Shown here in pieces: positions 38,157 through 50,800 of a stretch of 64,000 nucleotides of DNA (its first letter is position 1; each line of letters begins with the position of its first letter). The position numbers and the translations under genes are program-made. The notes beneath the pieces were generated by a model. It worked only from the letters and a program-made list of their open reading frames with translations. It did not search any database and was not told where the DNA came from. Source of the DNA: Owenia fusiformis (lineage: Eukaryota); NCBI GenBank assembly GCA_903813345.2, contig CAIIXF020000001.1, positions 46,128,001-46,192,000 of the forward strand, written 5' to 3'.

Positions 38157-39198
38157 CAGGGTGTCCAATAAATAAGGTGAAAGATATTGTAACTTTCATA
38201 ATATTGCACCAATCTTGATGAAATTTTCAGAATTTGTAGCCAAAACCTTTTTACCTTTATTCTGTGAATTTAAAGCATCTTCTATTTGATTGGCCAGAGT
38301 TGTGGTTGCTATAGCAACCGAAACAACAAAAAGGCGGGGCAAGATTGTTTACGTCACAACTTTCCAAAACATATTTATTCTTTCTGATAGCTTTATTCAT
38401 ACTCCCAGGTCCATTACTACCACAATTACAATATAAAAATAAAAACAGTCCTGAAGTCCCATTGTTATGTAAATAAGCTATTCAACATAATGTCCATCTC
38501 TAGCTATACACTTCTTATGCCTATTCACCTACTCTCTAAACACACTTTCAAACCCATTCTTGCCCATTTCCTGAAGTCTTGCTAAGACATGTGATCTGAG
38601 TTTACACACAGCTATGCTCACTAGTGAAACTATTAGGGCACTGGGGCTACCCCTACTTGCACACCCTCCATATATCCCAGACCTTGCACCCGATGACTTT
38701 TACTTATATGTAGAACTCAGGCGTGACTTGAGAGGAAATAAATTTGGAAGCACTGATTAACTCAGATCACATGTCTTAGTAAGACTTCAGGAAATGGGCA
38801 AGAATGGGTTTGAAAGTGTGTTTAGAGAGTAGGTGAATAGGCATAAGAAGTGTATAGCTAGAGATGGACATTATGTTGAATAGTTTATTTTCATAACAAT
38901 GGGACTTTAGGACTGTTTTTATATTGTATTTGTGGTAGTAATAGACCTGGGAGTATGAATAAAGCTAATAGAAAGAATAAATATGTTTTGGGAAGTTGTG
39001 ATATAAACAAACTTGCCCCGCCTTTTTGTTGTTTCCGTTGCTATAGCAACCACAACTCCGGCCAATCAAATAGAAGACGCTTTAAATTCACAGAATAAAG
39101 GTAAAAAGGTTTGGGCTACAAACTCTGAAAATTTCATCAAGATTGGTGCAATATTAAGAAAGTTACAATATCTTTCACCTTATTTATTGGACACCCTG
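38157..39198. mobile_element. Palindromic mariner-derived element with about 440 bp arms
   Basis: TA|CAGGGTGTCCAATAAATAAGG ... CCTTATTTATTGGACACCCTG|TA; centre reads HPPYIPDLAPDDFYLY..LRGNKF..KCIARDGHYVE. Confidence 0.92.
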
Positions 39199-39416
39199 TA
39201 TAGCAATATGCAAATTAAGAATTGATGACATCACTCCCTGTCTGAAATCTGAAAATATGGCAGCCCACTTGAAATTACAAATACATGTACATCTAATTTT
39301 TCAATGATCAGTACTGACCATATCAAAACATTTCCTGTGCTTTACTTAAGATGGAAAGTGTCTACGTAAATATGGTTATAACTACCACATCAGGAGACAG
39401 TTAAGGCATATAGTAA

Positions 39417-39814
39417 AGGCATTTACTATAGACATAATGCCATCACCTATTTGCTCACAATATTATGAGTTCAATATATTAGTCAGATTTGCACTTCTGA
39501 GAACTTGTAGATGATTTTGAAAAAAGAATTGGTCAATTTGAATCAAGCTAAAAATACCTTTTTGACCATTTAACCTTGAGAAGGTCAGTGAAGGTCAAGT
39601 CTTAAATCCAAAAATCAGATTTGAATTCCTGAGAACTTGAAGATGATTTTGAAAAGGTCAAATCTCGAATCTAAAGTCAGATTTAAACTTAAAGTAGATG
39701 ATTTTGAATTTTGAAAAAATTTGAAATCAGTCTAAACAGTATATTGTTAAGTTTTTAGAATTTGTAACAGACGCTAGATGCAAAAACCACCCACCACTTT
39801 TGATAGTGACATAA
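39417..39814 (-). mobile_element. Degenerate family A Helentron-like element
   Basis: Same core repeat, decayed terminal hairpin CCACCACTTTTGATAGTGACAT. Confidence 0.65.
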
Positions 39815-40604
39815 AAAATGGTCTGGAAAGGAATATTTCTTAAATATAGAGCCAGGTTGGGATAAAATAAAATATTGAACTCAGCTAATGCCTCTACTAG
39901 TTTAAAATACCATTTCACTTGGGAGCTGAGCATTAGCTTCGATTGGTCTGTATAGCACATCCTAATGAAATGAATAACAAATATATAGATTAGTAACAGA
40001 AATGGCCATCCCATGATTAATGTTAATTGTTAAGAAGTGAGTTAAAGGGGCAAAGAACAAAGAGCAGAGATGTGACTTTCAGGAAGATTGTCATAATTTT
40101 ACAATACTTTAATTGATCACACCTTTACATGTCTATTTTAAGGATTTATGTTCTGACAATGTATTAATCTTTAGGATATATGGCAACAACTAAACATCTC
40201 CAACTTCAATATTCAAATGAATTATTTGGACTTATCCAATCATGTATCACTGCCACTTTGAAATTGAGTTCTAACTCACATTTATCTGCTTGAAGGAAAA
40301 AAGGTAGTGGGCCCCTTAGCCCCCCTCCCCCCCCCCCATGTTAAGGCATGCCTGTTGAGCAGCTCGTGGTTATTGTAAAAATGTGCAGTGGAAAAGAAAA
40401 AATGTTTTTCACACTGCTCTCAATGAGTGCTCTCACTTTATGATCAACTCAATATTAATTTTCCACCACAAGTACATTCTTGTATAAATCATAATATAAT
40501 GTAGATAATAATGAATGATTAGATTTGAATGTTAGACAATTAATTCTTAAGTCTATACAATAATATCTCAATGAAAAAAGGTACAATTTAAATAAACCCC
40601 ACAC

Positions 40605-40712
40605 CTCATTCATCTGCTTTTCGTCTCTCTTCTTTGAATGTTTCAGTTCGTGTTTGTCAGGAATATGTGAATGACTGTGGCCATATCCATGGCTGTGTCC
40701 AGTATGGTGATC
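40605..40712 (-). CDS. ZIP transporter exon (His-rich TM3-TM4 loop)
   Basis: DHHTGHSHGYGHSHSHIPDKHELK; TTATAG acceptor, GAG|GTGTGG donor; phase 0 to 0. Confidence 0.85.
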
Positions 40713-40923
40713 CTATAACCAGACAAAAAGAAAAGTTAGATTTGAACTATTGAAATTTTATACATTGTCATTTGATAGCCTATTCAAAAAATATGAAATA
40801 TATACTATATCAATCATGAAACATTTATTTATATTATTAATTATAAATTTTTTAGTTACTGGGCCAAATTAACTATTCAAGTAAATTACAAGCCAGAATT
40901 TTTGTTCATTATTACAACTTTAA

Positions 40924-42622
40924 AACAAGGCATTAACATGACAAAATGTCACCACCTAAAACAATTTGGTCAATTTAAAGCAAGTTGGAAAATACCTTTT
41001 GACCTTAAGAAGGTTTTTGAAGATTTGAGCTTCTGGGATCTTGTAGATGATTTTGAAAAAATAAATTGTTCAATCTGAAGCAAGTTGAAAAAATACCTCT
41101 TTGACTTTTTTTGACATTGAGAAGGTCATTGAAGGTCAAATGTCAAATGTAAAGTCAGATTTGAACTTCTGAGAACATGTAGATGATTTTGAAAAAAAAA
41201 TTAAGTAAATTTGAAGCAAGTTGAAAAAAGACCTTTTTGGCCTTGAAAAGGTCATTGAAGGTCAAATGTCAAATCTAAAGTCAGATTTGAACTTCTGAGA
41301 ACATGTAGATGATTTTGAAAAAAAATTAGTCAATTTGAAGCAAGTTGAAAAAAGACCTTTTTGACCTTGAGAAGGTCATTGAAGGTCAAAGGTCAAATCT
41401 AAAGTCAGATTTGAACTTCTGAGAACTTGTAAAGTCAAATTTGAATTTCTGAAAAGATGTAGATGATTTTGAAAAAAAAATTGGTCAATTTGAAGCAAGT
41501 TGAAAAAAGACCTTTTTGACCTTGAAAAGGTCATTGAAGGTCAAATGTCAAATCTAAAGTCAGATTTGAACTTCTGAGAACATGTAGATGATTTTGAAAA
41601 AAAAATTAGTCAATTTGAAGCAAGTTGAAAAAAGACCTTTTTGACCTTGAGAAGGTCATTGAAGGTCAAAGGTCAAATCTAAAGTCAGATTTGAACTTCT
41701 GAGAACTTGTAAAGTCAAATTTGAACTTCTGAAAAGATGTAGATGATTTTGAAAAAAAAATTTGGTCAATTTGAAGCAAGTTGAAAACAGACCTTTTTGA
41801 CCTTTTTTGACCTTGAGAAGGTCATTAAAGGTCAAATGTCAAATCTAAAGTCAGATTTGAATTTCTGAGAACATGTAGATGATTTTGAAAAAAAAAATTA
41901 GTCAATTTGAAGCAAGTTGAAAAAAGACCTTTTTGACCTTTTTTGACCTTGAGAAGGTCATCGAAGGTCAAATGTCAAATCTGAAGTCAGATTTGAATTT
42001 CTGAGAACATGTAGATGATTTAAAAAAAAAATTTAGACAATTTGAAGCAAGTTGAAAAAAGACCTTTTTGACCTTTTTTGACTTTGAGAAGGTCATTGAA
42101 GGTCAAATGTCAAATCTTAAGTCAAATCTTAAGTCAGATTTGAATTTCTGAGAACACGTAGATGATTTTGAAAAAATTTTTTAGTCAATTTGAAGCAAGT
42201 TGAAAACAGACCTTTTTGCCCTTTTTTGACCTTGAGAAGGTCATTGAAGGTCAAATGTCAAATCTAAAGTCAGATTTGAATGTCAAATCTAAAGTCAAAT
42301 CTAAAGTCAGATTTGAATTTCTGAGAACATGTAGATGATTTTGAAAAAAAATTTAGTCAATGTGAAGCAAGTTGAAAAAAGACCTTTTTGACCTTGAGAA
42401 GGTCATTGAAGGTCAAATGTCAAATCTAAAGTCAGATTTGAAATTCTGAGAACATGTAGATGATTTAGAAAAAAATTGAAGTCAGTCTAAACAGTATTTG
42501 TTAAGTTATAGGAAGTTGTAAGAAATTGTTACAGACGCCGGACGCCAACCTCCAACCAGCAACCGCCGTCGCAAAAAAACGGAGACCATAACAATATGTC
42601 ACCACTTTTGGTGGTGACATAA
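40924..42622 (-). mobile_element. Family A Helentron-like element with expanded satellite (about 11 units of 125-155 bp)
   Basis: Same termini as 33476-34175; unit GACCTTGAGAAGGTCATTGAAGGTCAAATGTCAAATCTAAAGTCAGATTTGAA... Confidence 0.85.
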
Positions 42623-42995
42623 TGACAGGTTTAATGTTCAATTTGTTAATCCGACAGCAGGCTGCATGCGGGATGCTAGCTTAGGTATCAAGCGTTTTCT
42701 TAAACTTAAAAAAAAACTCACATAACATATGAGCGAACTAACATTTTGAAATGTCAGCAGCAATGAGAGATACTTACAAGTAAACAATTGAAACAAATAT
42801 CAACAGTATCCAAAGCTATTTAAAATCAGAAAATATAGTGTCATGATTGGTGTTATAATAACTACTTGGAATTCGAAGATGAATTTTCTGACTGCATAGG
42901 CTAAATGGATATACCCAGATACTCTAAATCAAAGAATTTTCTCTTATTTCAAGATTGATGATGAATGTCTATGCTCTCAGTATTGTTTCACTTAC

Positions 42996-43157
42996 TGGTG
43001 TATCAGGCCTCCCAATATCCATGAAAGTTTCTAGCAGGAAGAAGGCATAGAGTGCTGCAACAACAATCAACTGTTTGGCCAACCAATCCTCAAGTATGAT
43101 AGGGCCTGTAGGAGTATGGTCATGCCCATCATCTTCATGGACATGAATTCCCAAAGC
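42996..43157 (-). CDS. ZIP transporter exon (TM3)
   Basis: ALGIHVHEDDGHDH..KQLIVVAALYAFFLLETF; TTTAG and GTAAGT sites. Confidence 0.92.
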
Positions 43158-43550
43158 CTAAATAACAAAACAAAATACCTATATGAATTTTAGAACAAAG
43201 ATACATGTGTAACAGTATATTGATGATTATTACATACCTAAAGTATAAGAGCAATTCAATTGTATTGGGGTCTTTCATTTATTCTCTTGATAAAACCCTT
43301 TGATGTTATTGGATGTGTGTATTAAAGAAGCATATTGCCTCTTTGCATCTCTAATATTACAAGTGACGAGGCTAAAACTGACACTCTGATCTCAGTTCAT
43401 CAAATTCTGTATTTTTTCTTGTGATAAACATTTAGAATACACATAGTAGGCAAGAAATGTATATGTCTATACAATCACATATTTCACACACTAGCTAATT
43501 ACCTATATTACATCCATTATTTGAATAAAGATGAAACAAACAATATATGG

Positions 43551-44266
43551 AACAAGACACATGGTGTGAACAGGATCACACCATTGAAAAACCTTCAAAA
43601 TGGCCACCAGAAAACAAAATGGCCACCCAAAAGTTAATCAGCTCTAGAACTCGATATCCTCTATCATGTGAATGAATTTGAAGAAAATCTGATGAGCTGT
43701 TTTCCTGAAATGGCGATGACAAGATTTATCTAAAAACCTTCAAATTGGCCACGAGAAAACAAGATGGCTGCCCAAAAGATATTCGGGTCTAGAACTTGAT
43801 ATCATTTATCATGTGTGCGAATTAAGAGAAAATCTGATGAGCGATTTTCCTGAAATGGCAGTGACAAGATGTATGGTAAAACCTTCAAAATGGCCACCAG
43901 AAAACAAGATGGCCACCCAAAATTTAATCAGCTCTAGAATGGCCACCCAAAATTTAATCTGCTCTAGAATTTGATATCCTCTATCATGTGTGTGAATATG
44001 AAGAAAATCCAATGAGCGGTTTTCCTGAAATGGCGATGACAAGATTTATCGAAAAACCTTCAAAATGGCCACCAGAAAACAAGATGGCCACCCAAAAGTT
44101 AATCAGTTCTAGAACTTGATATCTTCTATCATGTTTGCGAATTTGGAGAAAATTCAAGAGTGGTTTTCCTGAAATGGCGATGACAGAAAAAACATCATCA
44201 CGAGCATGATCACGATAATGATCACGCCATCATCATGACAACTATATCCCACCGATGGTGTGATAA
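43551..44266 (-). mobile_element. Helentron-associated-like element, family C (core about 150 bp, about 4 units)
   Basis: AACAAG end, sub-terminal ATCACACCAT, AAAATGGCCACC repeats, ATC/GAT-rich microsatellite, terminal hairpin ATCCCACC..GGTGTGAT. Confidence 0.7.
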
Positions 44267-44428
44267 AAATATTAATAGTATAGACTACTCAAAATCAGTG
44301 TATGCAAAATGTAATGTAAGATTATTGTTGAAAGTATTTAGCTATGGTAACTTTGCATATTATAGTTTAGTGAAGGAAGACCCTTAGAAAAATAAAAAAG
44401 TGGGCTAAAAATGATAAGATGTAAAAAC

Positions 44429-44598
44429 CTGTGGTATGAGATGCAGGAGAGCGTCTCCAGCCATTGTTCCAACAGCGAGGGCTACAAATGTCGTCATAAC
44501 GTAACGATACGTGTTGGTGCGTAGACAAGGTACGGTGAAGATTCCCAACATGGCACACAAACTAATGATAAATACAGATAAAGTACCATACCCATATG
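44429..44598 (-). CDS. ZIP transporter exon (TM1-TM2)
   Basis: YGYGTLSVFIISLCAMLG..FVALAVGTMAGDALLHLIPQ. Confidence 0.95.
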
Positions 44599-45099
44599 CT
44601 GAAATAAATAAGACCATATCTGCTTTATATTTCTACTGATCACATATATCGGATTCCTTTTGGTTGAATACCTTGCTCCATTGTCGATGTCAAATGATTC
44701 AAGTAAACTTATCTAACTGTCTAACAATCTAAAATTGAGAATTTCTCCATTCTCTTAATAGAGTCATAATTTCTATGGTTACAATTACAACTAGAAATCA
44801 GCAACTCCAAGGAGTAGCAAATCCCAACGAACACTCTATATATCATGAATCTGTTAAGTCACAATATGCATTGTAATATTTACCATCTACTGTTCCCTTC
44901 TATAAATACTTGAGATCGTTGTAGTATCATGTAACCATACAGTACTGTACTTTAAAGATATCTCTAAGTAATGGAAAATTCCTGCTCTTGGCAGCCATTT
45001 TGAATTTTTTGAGGCACAAATCAGAAAAACAATACCATAATTGTGATCTACTCTAAAATCCCTTCAATTTGATATAATATATAACATAATAGTATAATA

Positions 45100-46705
45100 C
45101 GAGGGGTGATCAATAAGTAATGGAAACTTTTTTACACGGATGCTTTTTATAGACCAATACCTTCGATTTTCTTACCAGTGATACATCATTCAATTATCTA
45201 TCAACTCTGAAGATTTGAAAAGAAAACACGTAATATATTTTGATATATCTTTATTTCCGTGAAGGAGGTATAGGTACCCCGGGACCGACATGATGTCAAA
45301 CATTCTGAAGCTATTTTAGCTTGTTTAACAAGCAACGCAGTTGAATGCAGGCTGAACAAAACAAATCATTATGGTCATGAATTACCCCATTTTGTTATGC
45401 CCTAGTTGATTTTGAATATTTTATCATCACTATGTGGTATTCATGCCACATTCATATTACAGGGCCAGTGTTCGCGTTGACGCCGTTTTTTCTCGTTTTT
45501 ACGGAAATTTCAAGAGGTCGGACGGAAAAATCAGAAATAACTTACGTCCTTGGGACGCAAAGATTCTACACCACCATCAGGTAACTTTTACTGCAGCGTA
45601 GAAGTGATAAAACATGATTTTCTGAAGAATTTTCAAATCGTCTACTTCCTTGATCTCGATAGTGTTTATGTCGGCAAATCTGATTGGCTACCGAAGTGTC
45701 TCAGTATATTCGCGGGGTTTCTAGTCTGAAACGCAGCATTTGATTGGCTATGTTCTTGTTCTTGTTGTATTGTTCTTCCCGCACTTATATGTTTGCGGCA
45801 GCACTTGTTGTGCGGTCTAGTTTAAGCGTTTCTTTGCTTTGTTTTGGCCTCTTCTTTAGGCTATGGTGCCCTCCGAGTCATTCCGGAGTATACCGAAGCT
45901 GGATAATCTGTTGTACGCAAACATTAGTTTCAAAATTGAGAATTGAGACTTGTTTTTCACGATAACCTTAATTACTTCACTAGGAACCGTTAGATATCGA
46001 TCTAATGTTATACATCACTATAATTATTTAATGATAGATCAACGTTTTTCATCTAAAAGTCGTCAGAGTAAGGAGAAATGTTATAAAAAGAAACAAAAAG
46101 TTCACGACCTTGACACGACCTTGAAGATCGCTGGTTGGTAAAATGTGAAAACAACTCTTAAATTTGATTTCTTTCATTCATTTCGGAGAATTTTGGCATA
46201 GCATTAGTAAAGAATTGTGTGAAAAGGACCAAATGATAGATATTTATCGGGAGAATGCATAGAATTACAATACATGTCATTTTTATCCCGTTTTAGCGGA
46301 AGCACTCTATTATCGCCCACTTTACTTTCACTTTAATAACAAAATATGAGGGACGCAAAAAAAATTAGACGGGACTCACATTTTTCAAATGTGTTGCGTC
46401 CCTGGGACTCAGAAATTTAAATGGCTAGCGCGAACACTGAGGGCCCTCTACATAGGTTCCATCAAGTGCTACATGTACACAATTCCTCATCATCTTAACT
46501 CAAGATTGTGAGACAAGGCTGAATCCAGTACCTGTACCTCCTTCATGGAAATACGGATATATCAACATGTATTATACATTTTGTCTTCAAATCTTCAGAA
46601 TTTACAGATAATTGAATGATGTATCACTGGTAGGAAAATCAAAGGGATTGGTCCATAAAAAGTATCTGTGTAAAACAGCGTCCATTACTTATTGATCAAC
46701 CCTCG
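45100..46705. mobile_element. Mariner-type MITE with about 200 bp arms, interrupted by a nested element
   Basis: TA|CGAGGGGTGATCAATAAGTAATGGA ... TCCATTACTTATTGATCAACCCTCG|TA. Confidence 0.85.
45466..46439. mobile_element. Nested non-autonomous DNA transposon, 974 bp, 5 bp TSD (hAT5-like)
   Basis: AGGGC|CAGTGTTCGCG ... CGCGAACACTG|AGGGC; sub-terminal GGGACG/GGACG motifs. Confidence 0.9.
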
Positions 46706-47067
46706 TATAGCCATACTTTTAAGAGATAAGAAAATTATTGTTTAATCATTGTGAAATCACACATTAGGTGGCCACTTTGAATTTTACGAGGCAAGAATCA
46801 GAAAAAATACAATATTTGCAATCTACTCTAAATTGCCTTTCATTTGAGTATAACATAATAATACAGCTGATAATTCCCGTCATTTTTAAAGTTGTGGCAA
46901 TCTTGAAAAAATTTCTTTCCACCAAATATGAAGAAAATCTGTCAACTAATATTTGAGTTATCTTCTATGGATAATTTAATGGAATCTAAAATTAGGAGTT
47001 AGCCTAAAATAATTCAACAGAATCCCGTCTACAATAATAAGTATTTAGCCAAAGGCACTAAACCTAC

Positions 47068-47242
47068 TTTCAGCTAATGTAAGAGTCTCTTTCAACTTTT
47101 CTTCATGAACTTCATTCTTCATGCACGCTCCAGTGATTTGTTGCTGGATTAAGGTGGGGGTCAGGGTGGCAAACTGTGTCTCTGAGATACCAACACTGTG
47201 ATTCACTCCATACATATCCATAATGGCCTCCCCATTGAAACA
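47068..47242 (-). CDS. ZIP transporter exon (PAL-type ectodomain)
   Basis: CFNGEAIMDMYGV..QFATLTPTLIQQQITGAC, resembling the ZIP4 LSPALLQQQLSGAC form. Confidence 0.92.
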
Positions 47243-47389
47243 CTGAAATATATATATAGAATAATGACAAAATTTTAGATCACTGAGTGATTTTTTCATC
47301 CTGGGTTTGTGCATTTCTTCAATGAAACAAATCACAAGCATATATCAAATATTTTGGCGATATAATAAACAGTGGAGTAGTAAAGGTAC

Positions 47390-47607
47390 CTTTTGAACAG
47401 CTTCAGCATTTCTTTTATGTCTAGAATTTTGTTTAAACTTGCGTTGTGAAGGAGACCTTCTACGTCTCTTATGATCATGACCAGCATGTTCATCTTCCTT
47501 ATGACCAGCATCTTCATCTTCCTTATGACCAGCATGTTCGTCTCCCTCATGATCTTCATGTCCTTCTGCTGAACCAATCTTCAACATCTTCAGTAGCTTC
47601 TCAAAAT
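47390..47607 (-). CDS. ZIP transporter exon (His-rich linker, basic sites)
   Basis: DFEKLLKMLKIG..GHEDHEG..HDHKRRRRS..RHKRN; phase 1 to 0. Confidence 0.9.
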
Positions 47608-47820
47608 CTGAAATAATATTCAATTTGATATTTAGTCTTGCTTCAATCCCCTTTGCTGCCCCCCCCATTATCTATTCCAAAACTAAGAGTTTTTTTGTTT
47701 TTTTTGTAAAAACTATATTTCAAGAATAAAACATATATACAAATATACATTATACATAGGCCTAATTACATTGTTTAATTTCTGTACAGTTTCTCTTTTT
47801 CAAAATAAGCATGTATACTT

Positions 47821-50800
47821 TACTCTAAGAGCGAGGAGGAAAATTCTTAATAAATGGAGTATAGTTGGTTTGGCAGCATTTTCAGTTAGAGGGAAGTCTT
47901 GGATGAAAATCCTACCTAGGTGATAGCTTCACAGAGTGGTACATAATTCTTTTTTTCAGGGGTTAGCCCCCCACCCCCCAAAAACACCCCACCCCGGGAA
48001 AATATTTTTTTCATTCTCAATAACTTTAGATATCTTAATGTTTCTAAGTTACATACATTAACATTATATATATGAATCATTTGCAAAATAAATAATGCCA
48101 ATCACTCCTACAGAATTTGAAAAATAGTACAAAGTATGTACCCCAGGGGGCAAATTCGTGAGCCATTTTACTACTATTTAGAGCCTCACTTTTAAATCAG
48201 ACACTGGAAGACATTGGAAAAATTCATGTGAAGTGTCCAGTAGTAGGGCTATAAGCCCTGAAAGTTTCAAACTAATTGAATCAGTAGGAGCCGAGGAAAA
48301 TATTGTTGATTTTTTGAAAAATTTGACATTTTTGAGAGGGGTGATTTTGTGTATGACTATAGCTGATGCCTATGGTTTCTAGATTTATCCCTCTTTGATG
48401 ATAAATATGGTTTTGAAGTATGGAACTAAGATGTAAAAAATAATTAAAATGGGTTTTAAGGAAGTTTAAAATTTTAAACAAGTTCAAAATTCGATGAATT
48501 GTATAATATCAGGTCTGAATTTACGAATTTTAAGTAACACCTTGGATGAGCCTTAGATTTTTTACATCTGTCCCCCTTTGATGATATTTATGGTTTTGTA
48601 GTGAGGGACTAAGATGTACAAAATAATTTAGATGGTTTTAAAGAAGGTTACGGATTTTAACAAGTCCAAAATTGAGGAATTGTACAATATCAGGTCTGAA
48701 TTTACAAATTTCAGGTAAGACCTTGGATGAGCCTTAGATTTTTTACATTTGTCCCTCTTTGATGATATGTATGGTTTTGTAGTATGAAACTAAAAAGAAA
48801 AAAAATAATTAAGATGGATTTGAAGAAGGTTTAAGGATTTATATGAGTCCAAAATTTGAAGAATTGTACAATATCAGGTCTGAATTTATGAATTTCAGGT
48901 ATGACCTTAGACAACAATTATCTTTTTTACATCTTTCTCGCTTTGATGATATTTATGGTTTTATAGTAACTAACTAAGATGTAAAATATAATTTAGATGA
49001 ATTTTTAGAAGGTTAAAGTACTTTAACAAGGTCAAAATTTGAAGAATTGTATAATATCCGGTCTGAATTTACAAATTTCAGGTAAGACCTTTGGTGAGCC
49101 ATATATTTTTTACATCTGTCCCTCTTTGATGATATGTATGGTTTTGTAGTGTGGAACTAAAATGTAAACAAATAATTAAGATGGATTTTAAGAAGGTTTA
49201 GGGATTTTCTCATGTTCCAAATCTTGGCGAATTGTACAATATTAGGTCTGCAATTAACACATTTCAAATATAACCTTTGTTGGCCCTTATGTTTTTAATA
49301 TCTATCCCCTTTTGATGATATATATGGTTTGATAGTGTGGAACGAAGAGGTAAAACACAATTAAGATGGGTTTTAAGGAGGTTTAAGGTTTTAAACAAGT
49401 TCAAAACTTGACAAATTGTACAATAACAGATCTGAAATAAACAAATTTCAGGTATAGCGTTGGATAAGCCTTATGTTTTTAACATATATCTCTCTATAAC
49501 ATATATGGTTTTGTAGTATGAAACTAAGATGTAAAACATAATTTGGTTGGGTTTTAAGGAAGTTTTAGGTTCTAAAGAGGTTCAAAACTTGACAAATTGT
49601 GCAATATTAGGTCTGAAATTGAAGATCAAGGTGATTGGGGGTAGAGGGGCAAAGTTATATAGTCCAAAGTTGATCCCAATAAAAATGACATTTATAAAAT
49701 ACCTTGTTTTTCATGGCCTTAAATATAAAAATGCAAAATGATGATAATTTCTAGATAATAATTTAGCAATAAGTAAAAAGTAAATAAAAACCTCTTTAAA
49801 ACCCCAAATTCCTAAATATTGTTTTACATTTTAGTTCCACACTACAAAACCATGTAAATCATCAAAGAGGTTAAGAATTTCAGACTTTATATTGTACAAT
49901 TTGTCAAGTTTTGAACTTCTTTAAAACCTTAAACTTCCTTAAAACCCATTTAAATTATGTTTTACATGTTAGTTCCATACTGCTTAACCATATACAGTGT
50001 ATATCATCATTGAGAGATATATACCTGGAATTCGTTAATGTCAGATATGATATTGTACAATTTGTCAAGTTTTGAACAGGTTTAAAACCTTAAACCTCCT
50101 TAAAACCCATCTAAATTATGTTTTACATCTTAGTTTCATACTACAAAATCATATACAGGGTGTTTCATATTGAGAGCCCCCTCCCCATCAACCTCCGATC
50201 CTAAATAGCATACCAACATATGTTATACGAGGGTTGATCATAAAGTTCTCATAATATCTCTCTAATTTATTTATTTTTCAATATTTTCCGATGAAATTTT
50301 CACAGCATGTGCAGCATGGAATGTTTTATTAATCCAGCAAAAAATATTTAGAATAACAGGAACATTAAATAAGAAATGGTTGCCATAGTAACTTGAAATC
50401 AAGGCACCCGGGGCAAATAAAAAAAGCCCTCATTAAGAATGTTTAAATACATAATAAGTTGTCAAATAAGCTATCAAACACAGTAAATTGTCAAATAATA
50501 TGTGCTCTTGACTGTTGTGAACTATTATAGTGGTCATGTGAATTGTGTGATCCCATAATGGATGATTGTTATGCTTCATTAGAAGTGACTGTTAGACCAC
50601 ATGACTGTTTTGTTAAATATCCTGAGGAAAATTGATTTTGCCCCTTTAGTTCATTTTTGACATGTACAGACCACACACAGGGTGTAATTTTGTTGATATC
50701 TTAGCAATATATTTGTTTTAGATCATGTTTAGTCTGACCAAAGGATCTTACAAACTTAACATAACTTTTATCAGTATGAATTTTATTATTCTGAAGATCT

